A stretch of DNA of 64,000 bases from an uncultured Syntrophomonadaceae bacterium. GTDB taxonomy: Bacteria > Bacillota > Dethiobacteria > DTU022 > PWGO01. The notes beneath the pieces are model-generated. The model made no database searches and was not told the DNA's origin. It worked only from the letters and a program-made list of their open reading frames with translations. The position numbers and the translations under genes are program-made. Each line of letters opens with the position of its first letter. Positions within the stretch are counted from its first letter, which is position 1. Of this stretch, positions 9,245 to 18,507 are shown one piece after another. The stretch lies in contig CAZWVJ010000007.1 in assembly GCA_964636865.1 (NCBI GenBank), positions 4,353 to 68,352 of the forward strand, in the 5' to 3' direction.

Positions 9245-9271
9245 GCAGGATTTACTTTCTTACCGAGGAAT
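9245..9271 (+). promoter_or_regulatory. sigmaH-type promoter upstream of hpf
   Basis: GCAGGATTT-11 nt-GAGGAAT fits RNAGGAWWW-N11/12-RNNGAAT; B. subtilis hpf (yvyD) is sigmaH-dependent. Confidence 0.65.
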
Positions 9272-9308
9272 AGCTTGTAAGTCAAAGTTTAAATTTAAAG
9301 GGGGCAGG

Positions 9309-9866
9309 GTGAGTATGGAAATTAATGTGCGCGGGAAAAATATTGATGTTACTTCCTCGTTAGAACAATATGTTCATAAAAAATTGTCAAAGTTGGACAA
9401 GTTTTTTGAAGAGAATGTTGATGTTCAGGTGGTATTGGCGGTTACCCGGGATGAGCATGTGGTGGAAATAACGGTTTTGTATAATAGTTTGATTTTGCGC
9501 AGTGAAGAAAGTACCGGAGATATGTATGCTTCCATTGATTCAGCAATAGACAAAATTGAAAAACAAGTGGTGAAATACAGAAAAAAGATGAATCAACGGC
9601 TGCGTCAAAATAATCACCGGCAGTTAAGCGAGCAATTGGCTCCTGAAGAAAGGGATAAACATGAGTTACAAGAGGATGATGAGGACCCCAAAGTTGTTAG
9701 GACCAAGCAATTTATTCTCAAGCCCATGAATGTGGAAGAAGCAATTTTGCAAATGAACCTGCTTGGCCATGATTTTTTTGTGTTTAATAGTGCGGAAACA
9801 GAAACTGTTAGCGTAGTTTATAGAAGGAAAGATGGTAATTACGGGCTCATTGAACCCGAGTTTTAG
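9309..9866 (+). CDS. hpf: Ribosome hibernation promoting factor (long HPF/RaiA)
   Basis: DMYASID, KPMNVEEAILQMNLLGHDFFVF and VVYRRKDGNYGLIE. Confidence 0.95.
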   Translation: MSMEINVRGKNIDVTSSLEQYVHKKLSKLDKFFEENVDVQVVLAVTRDEHVVEITVLYNSLILRSEESTGDMYASIDSAIDKIEKQVVKYRKKMNQRLRQNNHRQLSEQLAPEERDKHELQEDDEDPKVVRTKQFILKPMNVEEAILQMNLLGHDFFVFNSAETETVSVVYRRKDGNYGLIEPEF

Positions 9867-9895
9867 CCTTATAATTAAAAGGATTATAATAGAAA

Positions 9896-11005
9896 ATGAA
9901 AGATAATACTATAGCAGTTATTTTTGAAGGCGGAGAACTCTTAAGTGAACTGGAAAAATCTTTAAATAATGTGCGTCATACAGTTCTTTTAGAAAATATG
10001 AATAAGATTATAGGTATAGATGGTATTAAAGAGATAATTGTAGTTACTAATTATGATTGCCTGGCGAAGCAAGCAAGAAAAATGGACAGGGTAATCGTTA
10101 AGGAGGTTAAAACGAAAGGGTTTCACTTTGGAGGGGAGCTCTTAAAAATCGTTTCCGGGTATAAGCCTCAAAACCTACTTTATGTTGGTGGAGCCAGTTT
10201 TCCTCTTATTCAGGAAAACGAAATTGAACAAATAATATCAACGGTTAAAGTTAAAGAAAACTTTGTCTATACCAATAATCCCCAGTCTTCTGATTTAGTG
10301 GCCTTTACACCTGCGGATGCAGTGTTTAATATGCATCCGCCGGCAAGCGATAATTCTCTGGCTATTTCTCTGAGGGATGAAGCAGGCTTGAAAATGGAGC
10401 TTATCCCTTATTCCAAAGGGATTATATTTGACCTGGATACGCCCACTGATTTTTTGATTTTAGGGGCAAGCCCTTATGTAGAAAAAAGCACCGAAAAAGC
10501 TTTACGGGAGGTTCCTTTAAATTATGAATTGCTTGATAAAGCTAAGGAAGTGCTTTGTGGTTATTATCGGGATGTGGCTATAGTGGGCAGGGTAGGCGCT
10601 CCTTTGATAGCCTATTTAAATAACAATTTAAAGCTGCGGCTGCGCATATTTTCTGAAGAAAGGGGTATGAAGGCGTTAGGAAGAGAATCTTCCGGAGAAG
10701 TAGAATCTCTTATTGGCTTTTTTATAGAGGAATTTGGAATAAGTAAATTTTTTAAATACTTGGAAAGGGTAGCAGAACTGGCATTCATTGATACAAGGGT
10801 TTTGTTTGCCCACTTTAAACTTGACTTACAAGCAGAAGAACGGTTTCTTTCGGATATGGGCAGGTGGCAAGAAATAGCAAACCCCTGGCTAAAAGAATTT
10901 ACCCGTACTGCTGTAGAATGCGAAATACCGGTGCTTTTAGGGGGGCACTCGCTGGTGTCCGGTGGATTGTGGCTGTTGGCTGAAGAGCTTAAAATGAAAG
11001 TTTAA
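9896..11005 (+). CDS. Hypothetical protein with an N-terminal CofC/MobA-like nucleotidyltransferase (GT-A) fold and an unknown C-terminal domain
   Basis: EIIVVTN strand and FDLDTPTD resembling the D(I/L)DTPxD motif; fold call is by eye only. Confidence 0.5.
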   Translation: MKDNTIAVIFEGGELLSELEKSLNNVRHTVLLENMNKIIGIDGIKEIIVVTNYDCLAKQARKMDRVIVKEVKTKGFHFGGELLKIVSGYKPQNLLYVGGASFPLIQENEIEQIISTVKVKENFVYTNNPQSSDLVAFTPADAVFNMHPPASDNSLAISLRDEAGLKMELIPYSKGIIFDLDTPTDFLILGASPYVEKSTEKALREVPLNYELLDKAKEVLCGYYRDVAIVGRVGAPLIAYLNNNLKLRLRIFSEERGMKALGRESSGEVESLIGFFIEEFGISKFFKYLERVAELAFIDTRVLFAHFKLDLQAEERFLSDMGRWQEIANPWLKEFTRTAVECEIPVLLGGHSLVSGGLWLLAEELKMKV

Positions 11006-11098
11006 AGGCTCCATATGAATGCCGGGAGTATACCGAGGCAATAAATTGAATTTTTGTGTCAATGTCAAGGCCTGACACCTTTTTAAGGAGGTGGTAAA

Positions 11099-14000
11099 TT
11101 GGTAAAATTTGGAGATATAATGACTACGTTATCCAACGCTTTTTCTCGCCGTTCCAATGAGAAAGAAATAAGGAAATTGGAAGGAGTGGTGGAGCGGATA
11201 AATTCCCTGAAAGAAGAAATGGCAAGCCTGACAGAGGAAGAGATGGCTGCTAAAACCGGGGAATTCAAAGAAAGGCTTCAAAATGGAGAAACCGAGGATG
11301 AGATACTGCCCGAAGCTTTTGCTCTAGTTAGAGAAGCAGCTGAAAGGACAACGGGCATGCGTCCTTTTGATGTGCAGGTAATGGGGGGTATCGTCCTCCA
11401 CCAAGGGCGTATTATCGAAATGAAAACCGGCGAAGGCAAAACGCTGGCGGCTACTATGCCGGCTTACCTTAATGCCCTCAGCGGTATGGGTGTGCATATA
11501 GTTACCGTTAATGATTACCTGGCCAAAAGGGATAGTGAATGGATGGGCCCGGTTTATCGTATGCTGGGGTTGAGCGTGGGTTATATTGCTCACGATATGA
11601 GCCAGGAAGATCGCCGGCAGTCATATGCGGCAGATATTGTTTATGCTACCAATAACGAATTAGGTTTTGATTACCTCCGTGATAATATGGTGATTTATAA
11701 AGATCAACTGGTGCAGAGGGAACTCAATTTTGCCATTGTGGATGAGGTAGACAGTATTCTTATTGATGAAGCCCGTACCCCTCTGATCATCAGCAGTAAG
11801 GTAGAGGCGAAACAGGGGTACGAACGCTGGAACAAAGTAGTAGCTTCCTTGATCAAAAAACAAGCCCGTCTGGTGGATGAGTCTTTAGATAAAGCGCAGC
11901 AGTTATTGCAGGAAGGCAATAAAGAGGAAGCAGCAGAGCTGCTTCTCATGGCTCGCCGGGGGGCACCCAAAAATAAAAAACTCCTTGATATATTGAAAGA
12001 TCCCGGGGTTGAAAAACAGGTTGAAAAGGTAAAATATCGCTTGATGTCCGATAAAACCATGCGGCTTTTGGATGAACAGCTTTACTTTAGTATTGATGAA
12101 GCTACGAGGGGAGTGGATATCTCTCCGAAAGGTTACGATGAACTGGTGAAAGAGGACCCCGAGCTGAGAGAATTTTTGGGGTATGAAAAATCAGAAGTAG
12201 AGGATGCCAATGGCGACTTCGATGGGGAAGAGGGGGAGGAAGAGAAAGATACAACAGTAGATGAAGATATAGGCCGGGAAAGAGACATGGAAGTGGAAGA
12301 AACTGAAGAAGAAGCAGCAGAAATGGGTGACGAAGAAGATCAGGAACCCGGCGATGCCAGCGAAGAGGAGGCGCTCACCAACCAGAGAGGGGGCGAGCAT
12401 GAGTTTACCATCCGTGCTTTACTACGAGCATATTCTCTTTATGAAAAAGATGTGGATTATGTGATTAAAGATGGACAGGTTGTGATTGTGGATGAGTTTA
12501 CCGGCAGGCTCATGCCGGGGCGGCGTTATTCGGAAGGATTGCATCAGGCTATTGAAGCTAAAGAAGGTGTCCAAGTTCAGGCAGAAAGCCGGACTGTAGC
12601 TTCCATTACTTTCCAGAATTTTTTCCGGCTTTATAATAAGTTATCCGGGATGACCGGTACTGCGGCTACAGAGGAAGGCGAGTTCCAGGAAATTTATGGT
12701 ATGGACGTGGTCGTTATTCCTACCAATAAGCCCATGATTCGGGAGGACCGGGGGGATTGTATTTATAAAACTGAAGAGGCTAAATTTAAAGCAGTGGTAA
12801 ATGAGATAAGCCGTCTTTATGAAAAAGGACAACCGGTTTTGGTGGGCACAATTTCAGTAGATAAGTCGGAGAAGCTTAGCCGAATGTTAAAGCAGGAAGG
12901 TGTGCCCCATAATGTTTTAAATGCGGTGAACCATGCCCGGGAAGCTGAGATTATTAGTCAGGCGGGGCAAAAGGGAACAGTAACTATTTCTACTAATATG
13001 GCCGGTAGGGGAACTGATATTGTTCTGGGAGGCAATTATGAGTATATTGCCCGCCAAAGAATAGAAAAAGAATTGGAAAAAGAGAATATTGAAGACGAAG
13101 AAGAGTATGATCGAGCTTTTGCAAAGCGTTTGCAGGAAATATTACCTCAATTTAAAGATAAATGGGAAAGTGAGCATCAAGAGGTAGTGGAGTTGGGTGG
13201 TTTGCATGTATTAGGTACTGAACGCCATGAAAGCCGCCGCATAGATAACCAGCTGCGGGGGCGTTCTGGAAGGCAGGGCGATCCCGGTTGTTCGCAGTTT
13301 TATATTTCCCTGGAAGATGATTTGATGAGGCTTTTCGGCAGTGGTAACATTGCTTCTGTGATGGAGCGGATGGGGATGGATGAAGATCAGTCTATTGATC
13401 ATCCCTTGATTAGCCGGGCAATTGAAAATGCGCAAAAGAAGGTGGAGAGCCGCAATTTTGAAATTCGCAAACACCTTTTGGAATACGATTTGATTTTAAA
13501 TGAACAGAGAAAAGTGATTTATGCCGAACGGCGAAAAGTATTGGATGAAGAAAACCTTAAAGACAATATACTTGAAATGGTGCGAGCAGTAGTGCATAGA
13601 ACTGTGGATAGGTATATCGGAGATAAATCTTATATTTTGGAAGAAGAGGCAAGGCAGCTTATTAATTATGGCGAAACCGTGTTTTTAAGAAAGGGGAAAT
13701 TTACCCCCGAAGAAACTATAGAGCTTGAACCGCGGGCTATTAAGGAAATTATGGTAGAAGAAGCCCTTACTTTTTATGATTTGCGGGAAAAAGAACTGGA
13801 AAAAGAGTTTGGCCCCGAAAGTATGCGCGAATTAGAACGGGTAATTCTGCTACGCACCGTAGATCGCCATTGGGTGGAACATATTGACGCCATGCATGAG
13901 CTGAGATATGAAATTGGCACCCGGGCCTATGCACAACGTGATCCTCTGGTTGAATACCGCGTAGAAGCATCACGGGCTTATGAATTAATGCTCAATTTAA

Positions 14001-14266
14001 TTGAGGAAGATGTGGTCAGAAGTCTTTTCCAGGCAAGAGTAAAATCTCTTCCCCAAAGACAGAGGGTAGTTTCAGAAGGCACTGCAGTACGCCCCGGGTC
14101 CGGAGGATCGCTGACGGGAGGGTCGCAGCGCACTTCTAGTTCGGCAAAAAACAATAAACAGGAAAAGTCACAACCGGTGAAAGTAGGGGAAAAAATAGGA
14201 CGAAATGAACCATGTCCCTGCAATAGTGGTAAGAAATATAAAAAATGCTGTGGAAAAGATAATTAA
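11099..14266 (+). CDS. secA: Preprotein translocase ATPase SecA (unusually long, 1055 aa)
   Basis: MKTGEGKT, DEVD, TNMAGRGTDI, QLRGRSGRQGDPG and C-terminal GRNEPCPCNSGKKYKKCCG; TTG start behind AAGGAGGT (alternative ATG at 11120). Confidence 0.97.
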   Translation: MVKFGDIMTTLSNAFSRRSNEKEIRKLEGVVERINSLKEEMASLTEEEMAAKTGEFKERLQNGETEDEILPEAFALVREAAERTTGMRPFDVQVMGGIVLHQGRIIEMKTGEGKTLAATMPAYLNALSGMGVHIVTVNDYLAKRDSEWMGPVYRMLGLSVGYIAHDMSQEDRRQSYAADIVYATNNELGFDYLRDNMVIYKDQLVQRELNFAIVDEVDSILIDEARTPLIISSKVEAKQGYERWNKVVASLIKKQARLVDESLDKAQQLLQEGNKEEAAELLLMARRGAPKNKKLLDILKDPGVEKQVEKVKYRLMSDKTMRLLDEQLYFSIDEATRGVDISPKGYDELVKEDPELREFLGYEKSEVEDANGDFDGEEGEEEKDTTVDEDIGRERDMEVEETEEEAAEMGDEEDQEPGDASEEEALTNQRGGEHEFTIRALLRAYSLYEKDVDYVIKDGQVVIVDEFTGRLMPGRRYSEGLHQAIEAKEGVQVQAESRTVASITFQNFFRLYNKLSGMTGTAATEEGEFQEIYGMDVVVIPTNKPMIREDRGDCIYKTEEAKFKAVVNEISRLYEKGQPVLVGTISVDKSEKLSRMLKQEGVPHNVLNAVNHAREAEIISQAGQKGTVTISTNMAGRGTDIVLGGNYEYIARQRIEKELEKENIEDEEEYDRAFAKRLQEILPQFKDKWESEHQEVVELGGLHVLGTERHESRRIDNQLRGRSGRQGDPGCSQFYISLEDDLMRLFGSGNIASVMERMGMDEDQSIDHPLISRAIENAQKKVESRNFEIRKHLLEYDLILNEQRKVIYAERRKVLDEENLKDNILEMVRAVVHRTVDRYIGDKSYILEEEARQLINYGETVFLRKGKFTPEETIELEPRAIKEIMVEEALTFYDLREKELEKEFGPESMRELERVILLRTVDRHWVEHIDAMHELRYEIGTRAYAQRDPLVEYRVEASRAYELMLNLIEEDVVRSLFQARVKSLPQRQRVVSEGTAVRPGSGGSLTGGSQRTSSSAKNNKQEKSQPVKVGEKIGRNEPCPCNSGKKYKKCCGKDN

Positions 14267-14373
14267 TTAAGCTTCTAATATGATTGGTTTTGGATTATTT
14301 TATTTTAAGATAGATTTGGCTGAATTAATCAAGGTGGAAGTGTCACATTTGATAGGATGAAGGGAGCTGTCTT

Positions 14374-15517
14374 ATGTCCAAAGAACTTGCTGAAGAGTTA
14401 AAAAATCATAAATTGCGTTACCGGGAACTGAGGGATTCACTTTGAAGTCGACAAAAAAAAGGAGTCTCTGAAGAAACTGGAAAAAAAATCAGCAGATCCT
14501 ACTCTGTGGGAGAATGGGGAAAAAGCCAAAGAGTTAATGCAGGAACTCAGTGCCCTGCGAGGAGAGATAGAAGAAGATGAGCATTTACAGTCATGCATCG
14601 AAAATGCAGAGGTTTTGCTTAATCTGATAGAAGAATCAAATGAAGCTTCAGAAAAAAACGAATTTCTTAAAGATGCTCAAGAGCAAATAAACTCGCTGGG
14701 TCAAAAACTTGACCGGTTAGAGAACAGGGTTCTTTTTGTCAACAAGTATGACAACAGCAATGCAATTGTTTCTATCCATCCCGGAGCAGGGGGGTTGGAA
14801 TCTCAGGATTGGGTGGAAATGTTAATGCGTATGTATTTACAGTGGGCGGAAAAAGATGGCAGAGAGGTTGAGGTCCTTGATCTCTTGCCCGGAGATGAAG
14901 CAGGGATTAAAAGTGTGACCTTTTCTGTAAATGGGAGATATGCATACGGGTACCTGCAGGCAGAAAAAGGGGTGCATCGAATGGTTCGAATTTCTCCGTT
15001 TGATACTGCTAAAAGAAGACATACTTCTTTTGCTTCTGTGGATGTGATGCCTGAAGTAGAAGAGGAGGTCGGGTACGAGATAAACCCGGAGGAAATAAAA
15101 GTTGACACTTTCCGAGCCCAAGGAGCGGGGGGGCAGCATGTAAATACCACAGATTCCGCGGTGCGCATGACCCATCTCCCCACGGGTATAACTGCCCAGA
15201 GCCAAAGTGCTCGCTCACAGCATAGCAACCGGAGACAGGCAATGCGCATACTACAGGCGCGAGTAGCTGAATATTACCGGCAACAGCAAGCTGCAGAAAT
15301 AGATGCTTTGCGAGGAGAGCATAAAGAAATTGCCTGGGGAAACCAGATTCGCTCTTATACTTTTCATCCTTTCACCCTGGTTAAGGATCATCGGACAGGG
15401 GTGGAAGTAGGTAATATAAATGAAGTAATGGACGGCAAATTGGAAGTTTTTCAAGAAGCCTACCTGCGCTGGAAAATAAAAGGGAATGCAGCAAATATAA
15501 AGCAGGGAAAAGAATAA
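14374..15517 (+). CDS. prfB: Peptide chain release factor 2 with programmed +1 frameshift at 14440-14446
   Basis: ATG at 14374, 23 codons, then CTT TGA with internal SD-like AGGGA. The +1 frame from 14444 is open into the 14537 ORF, which has SPF and GGQ. Confidence 0.95.
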
Positions 15518-15738
15518 AGTTAACGAAAATAATATAAAACGAGGTAAAGATTTTTCAAAGAATATTTGACTCAAAGAGTATTTGATAATGGTTAGTTTAA
15601 AAGGATGCAACAAAGGTTGAGATAGTTAAGCTAGAATACAGCAGCTATAAACAAATTTTTCGAATAAATTTGGGCGTTGAGCCCGAGAATGAAGGGCGTA
15701 AATTCAAAATATATCATAATAATGGGGAGGTTTGAATA

Positions 15739-16731
15739 ATGGCAAAAGCATATTATGAACAAGATGCGAATTTAGAAATGTTAAAGAGTAAGAAGATAGC
15801 CATCCTTGGGTATGGAAGCCAAGGACATGCGCATGCACTTAATTTAAAGGAAAGCGGATTGGATGTAGTGGTTGGCTTACATGAGGGTAGCTCCAGCCGT
15901 GCTCGTGCTGAAGAGGACGGATTGGAAGTTAAAAGTGTTGCTGATTCTGCAGCGTCAGCAGATATTATTATGTTTTTGATTCCCGACAGTTTTCAGCCTG
16001 AGACCTATCAGAAGGAAGTTTTACCTAATTTAAAAGAAGGGAAGGCACTGGGGTTTTCCCATGGATTTAATATATTATATGGGCAAATTGCTCCTCCTGC
16101 GGAGGTAGATGTTTTTATGGTGGCTCCTAAAAGTCCGGGACATCTTGTGCGCAGGGTTTATACGGAAAAGAACGGGGTTCCAGCCCTTATGGCTGTTCAA
16201 CAAAATTACAGTGGCAAAGCAAAAGATTTAGCTCTGGCTTATGCCAAAGGTATTGGTTGTACCAGAGCCGGAGTTATGGAAACAAGCTTTCAGGAAGAAA
16301 CGGAAACAGATCTGTTTGGAGAACAGGTAGTTCTTTGCGGCGGGGTTTCTGCCCTTATAAAAGCTTCTTTCGATACATTGGTGGAAGCGGGCTATCAACC
16401 TGAGATTGCATATTTTGAATGCTTGCACGAACTCAAGTTAATTGTGGACTTGATCTATGAAGGCGGGTTATCAGGAATGCGCTATTCGGTGAGTGAAACG
16501 GCGGAATATGGAGATCTAACCCGTGGGCCCAGGGTGGTGAACGAAAATGTTAGGGAAGAAATGCGCAAAATTTTGCAAGAAGTTCAAAGTGGTGAATTCG
16601 CCCGGGAGTGGATTTTGGAAAATCAGGCCGGATTACCCATGTTTAATATTCTAAGACGAAAAGAAAGTGAGCAATTATTGGAAAAGGTAGGGAAAGATCT
16701 TCGCCAGATGATACCCTGGTTTAAAAAGTAA
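15739..16731 (+). CDS. ilvC: Ketol-acid reductoisomerase
   Basis: [19 protein letters not shown] and [10 protein letters not shown]. Confidence 0.97.
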   Translation: MAKAYYEQDANLEMLKSKKIAILGYGSQGHAHALNLKESGLDVVVGLHEGSSSRARAEEDGLEVKSVADSAASADIIMFLIPDSFQPETYQKEVLPNLKEGKALGFSHGFNILYGQIAPPAEVDVFMVAPKSPGHLVRRVYTEKNGVPALMAVQQNYSGKAKDLALAYAKGIGCTRAGVMETSFQEETETDLFGEQVVLCGGVSALIKASFDTLVEAGYQPEIAYFECLHELKLIVDLIYEGGLSGMRYSVSETAEYGDLTRGPRVVNENVREEMRKILQEVQSGEFAREWILENQAGLPMFNILRRKESEQLLEKVGKDLRQMIPWFKK

Positions 16732-16811
16732 GCAAGTAAAAAAATTTAGTTTTCTTAATTAATATTTACCCATATGTTAACAAATTTTTAGATATTTTGA
16801 ATGCTGAACAA

Positions 16812-16838
16812 GGGGAATTTGAAACAGTTTTGTCGAAT
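16812..16838 (+). promoter_or_regulatory. sigmaH-type promoter upstream of ftsE
   Basis: GGGGAATTT-11 nt-GTCGAAT. Confidence 0.55.
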
Positions 16839-16909
16839 ATCATTAGATGATAATATTTACATAGCAAGGATGAGGCAAGTGTAAATATGTAGAAAAGGTG
16901 GACTTTTGA

Positions 16910-17593
16910 GTGATAGAGGCTTATAATTTAACTAAGAAGTACAATGGCACAGTTGCATTATCTCAGGTGACCATGAGCATTAGCCGGGGGGAGTTTGTAT
17001 TTATTGTTGGCCCTAGTGGAGCCGGTAAATCAACGTTTCTCAAGTTGGTTATTAGGGAAATAGTTCCTACCTCCGGGATGCTAAAAGTTTTTGGTAGGAA
17101 TGTGGGGCGTTTAAAGCGCGGCCAGGTTTCGGTGCTAAGGCGGAATATTGGCATGGTTTTTCAAGAATACCGCCTCTTGGAGGAAAGGACAGTTTATGAA
17201 AATGTAGCTTTTGCTTTAAGGGTAACCGGTTCTTCGAAGGAAGAAATAAATAAGCGGGTGCCCCTGGCACTGGAAATGGTAGGGTTAAAGCACAAAATTA
17301 ATTCTATGGTCAGCGGTCTTTCCGGGGGTGAAAAGCAAAGAGTAGGTTTGGCCAGGGCTATAGTTAACAAACCGGCAATGATCATTGCTGATGAGCCCAC
17401 AGGAAATTTGGATCCCGAAACTACCATGGAGCTGATGCACCTCCTAAAAGATATTAACGGTATGGGAATTACGGTTATAGTTGCAACTCATGATCGGGAA
17501 GCTGTGGACAAATTGCAGAAAAGAGTAATTTATTTGGAAAATAGTGAAGTAGTAGGGGATGAGGCAAGGGGGGCCTATCTGCGTGCTCTTTAG
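16910..17593 (+). CDS. ftsE: Cell division ATP-binding protein FtsE
   Basis: GPSGAGKST, LSGGEKQR and ADEPTGNLD; adjacent to ftsX. Confidence 0.92.
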   Translation: MIEAYNLTKKYNGTVALSQVTMSISRGEFVFIVGPSGAGKSTFLKLVIREIVPTSGMLKVFGRNVGRLKRGQVSVLRRNIGMVFQEYRLLEERTVYENVAFALRVTGSSKEEINKRVPLALEMVGLKHKINSMVSGLSGGEKQRVGLARAIVNKPAMIIADEPTGNLDPETTMELMHLLKDINGMGITVIVATHDREAVDKLQKRVIYLENSEVVGDEARGAYLRAL

Positions 17594-18467
17594 AAATTTC
17601 GCTTTTTTTATTACTGAAGCGGGCAGAGGCCTATTTAAAAACGGATGGATGAGCGTTGCGTCTATTGGTGTCGTAGCTATTGCTCTCTTAATTTTCGGGA
17701 TATTTGTTTTGTTGAATATGAATGTGGACCTTTGGACGGAAGAACTCCGAGAACAGATAGAAATAGTAGCGTTTATAGAAGATGAAGCTACTGCATCAGA
17801 AAGAAGAAATTTAAGTGATTTAATTGCCGAGCATGAAGATGTAAGAGAAGTTGAATATGTATCCAAAGGGGAAGCATTTGAAGAGCTGCAGGAAATGCTC
17901 GGTGAGGGGGCGCTTGAGGGATACGAACCTGAAGAAAATCCGCTAAGGGATTCTTATGTGATAAGAGTAATAGAACCGGAAATGGTTTTTGGCATGATTG
18001 ATGAATTGGAAGAATTATCGGCAGTGGGGGAGGTTATTTGTCACAAAGAAATAGTAGAAGGACTTACTAATTTTACACAAGCCATGCAAGTAGCTGCCTT
18101 AACCTTGATGATTCTACTGGCTGTTACGGCAACCTTTCTTATCGCACATACTATTCGTCTAACCGTGATGTTGCGCAGTGAAGAAATTATGATTATGAAG
18201 TACGTTGGAGCAACAGACTCGTTTATTCGCCTCCCCTTCCTTTTTGAAGGTTTATTTTTGGGGATAATTGGTACATTAATACCTTTAGTTTGTATATATT
18301 TTGGTTATGGAGCTGTAATTGATATAATAGGAGTAGAGCTGGCCTTTTTACCTATGGTTTCTTTTAATGAAGCGATTGCAGGAACAGCAAGTTTGATTGT
18401 TCCATTGGGAATAGGGCTGGGAGTGATAGGAAGTTTATTTTCCATCGGAAAATATCTGAGAGTTTAA
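17583..18467 (+). CDS. ftsX: Cell division permease FtsX
   Basis: NGWMSVASI, ENPLRD and EIMIMKYVGAT..FIRLPFLFEG; GTG at 17583 behind AAGGGGG. Confidence 0.92.
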   Translation: MLFRNFAFFITEAGRGLFKNGWMSVASIGVVAIALLIFGIFVLLNMNVDLWTEELREQIEIVAFIEDEATASERRNLSDLIAEHEDVREVEYVSKGEAFEELQEMLGEGALEGYEPEENPLRDSYVIRVIEPEMVFGMIDELEELSAVGEVICHKEIVEGLTNFTQAMQVAALTLMILLAVTATFLIAHTIRLTVMLRSEEIMIMKYVGATDSFIRLPFLFEGLFLGIIGTLIPLVCIYFGYGAVIDIIGVELAFLPMVSFNEAIAGTASLIVPLGIGLGVIGSLFSIGKYLRV

Positions 18468-18507
18468 ATTTTCTCATTATTGCCTTCCGGAGGTGTGGCT
18501 ATAAATT

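Noticed and set aside
12181-12400. Possible intein in SecA
   Set aside because: There is no C/S N-terminal or HN-C/S/T C-terminal splice motif, and the insert is short and low-complexity.
14431-14445. prfB as a pseudogene or selenocysteine readthrough
   Set aside because: The TGA is at the established programmed +1 frameshift position and the downstream domain is in the +1 frame.
15871-15900. Possible NADH-preferring IlvC
   Set aside because: The specificity loop LHEGSSS keeps the terminal Ser residues typical of NADPH-using enzymes.
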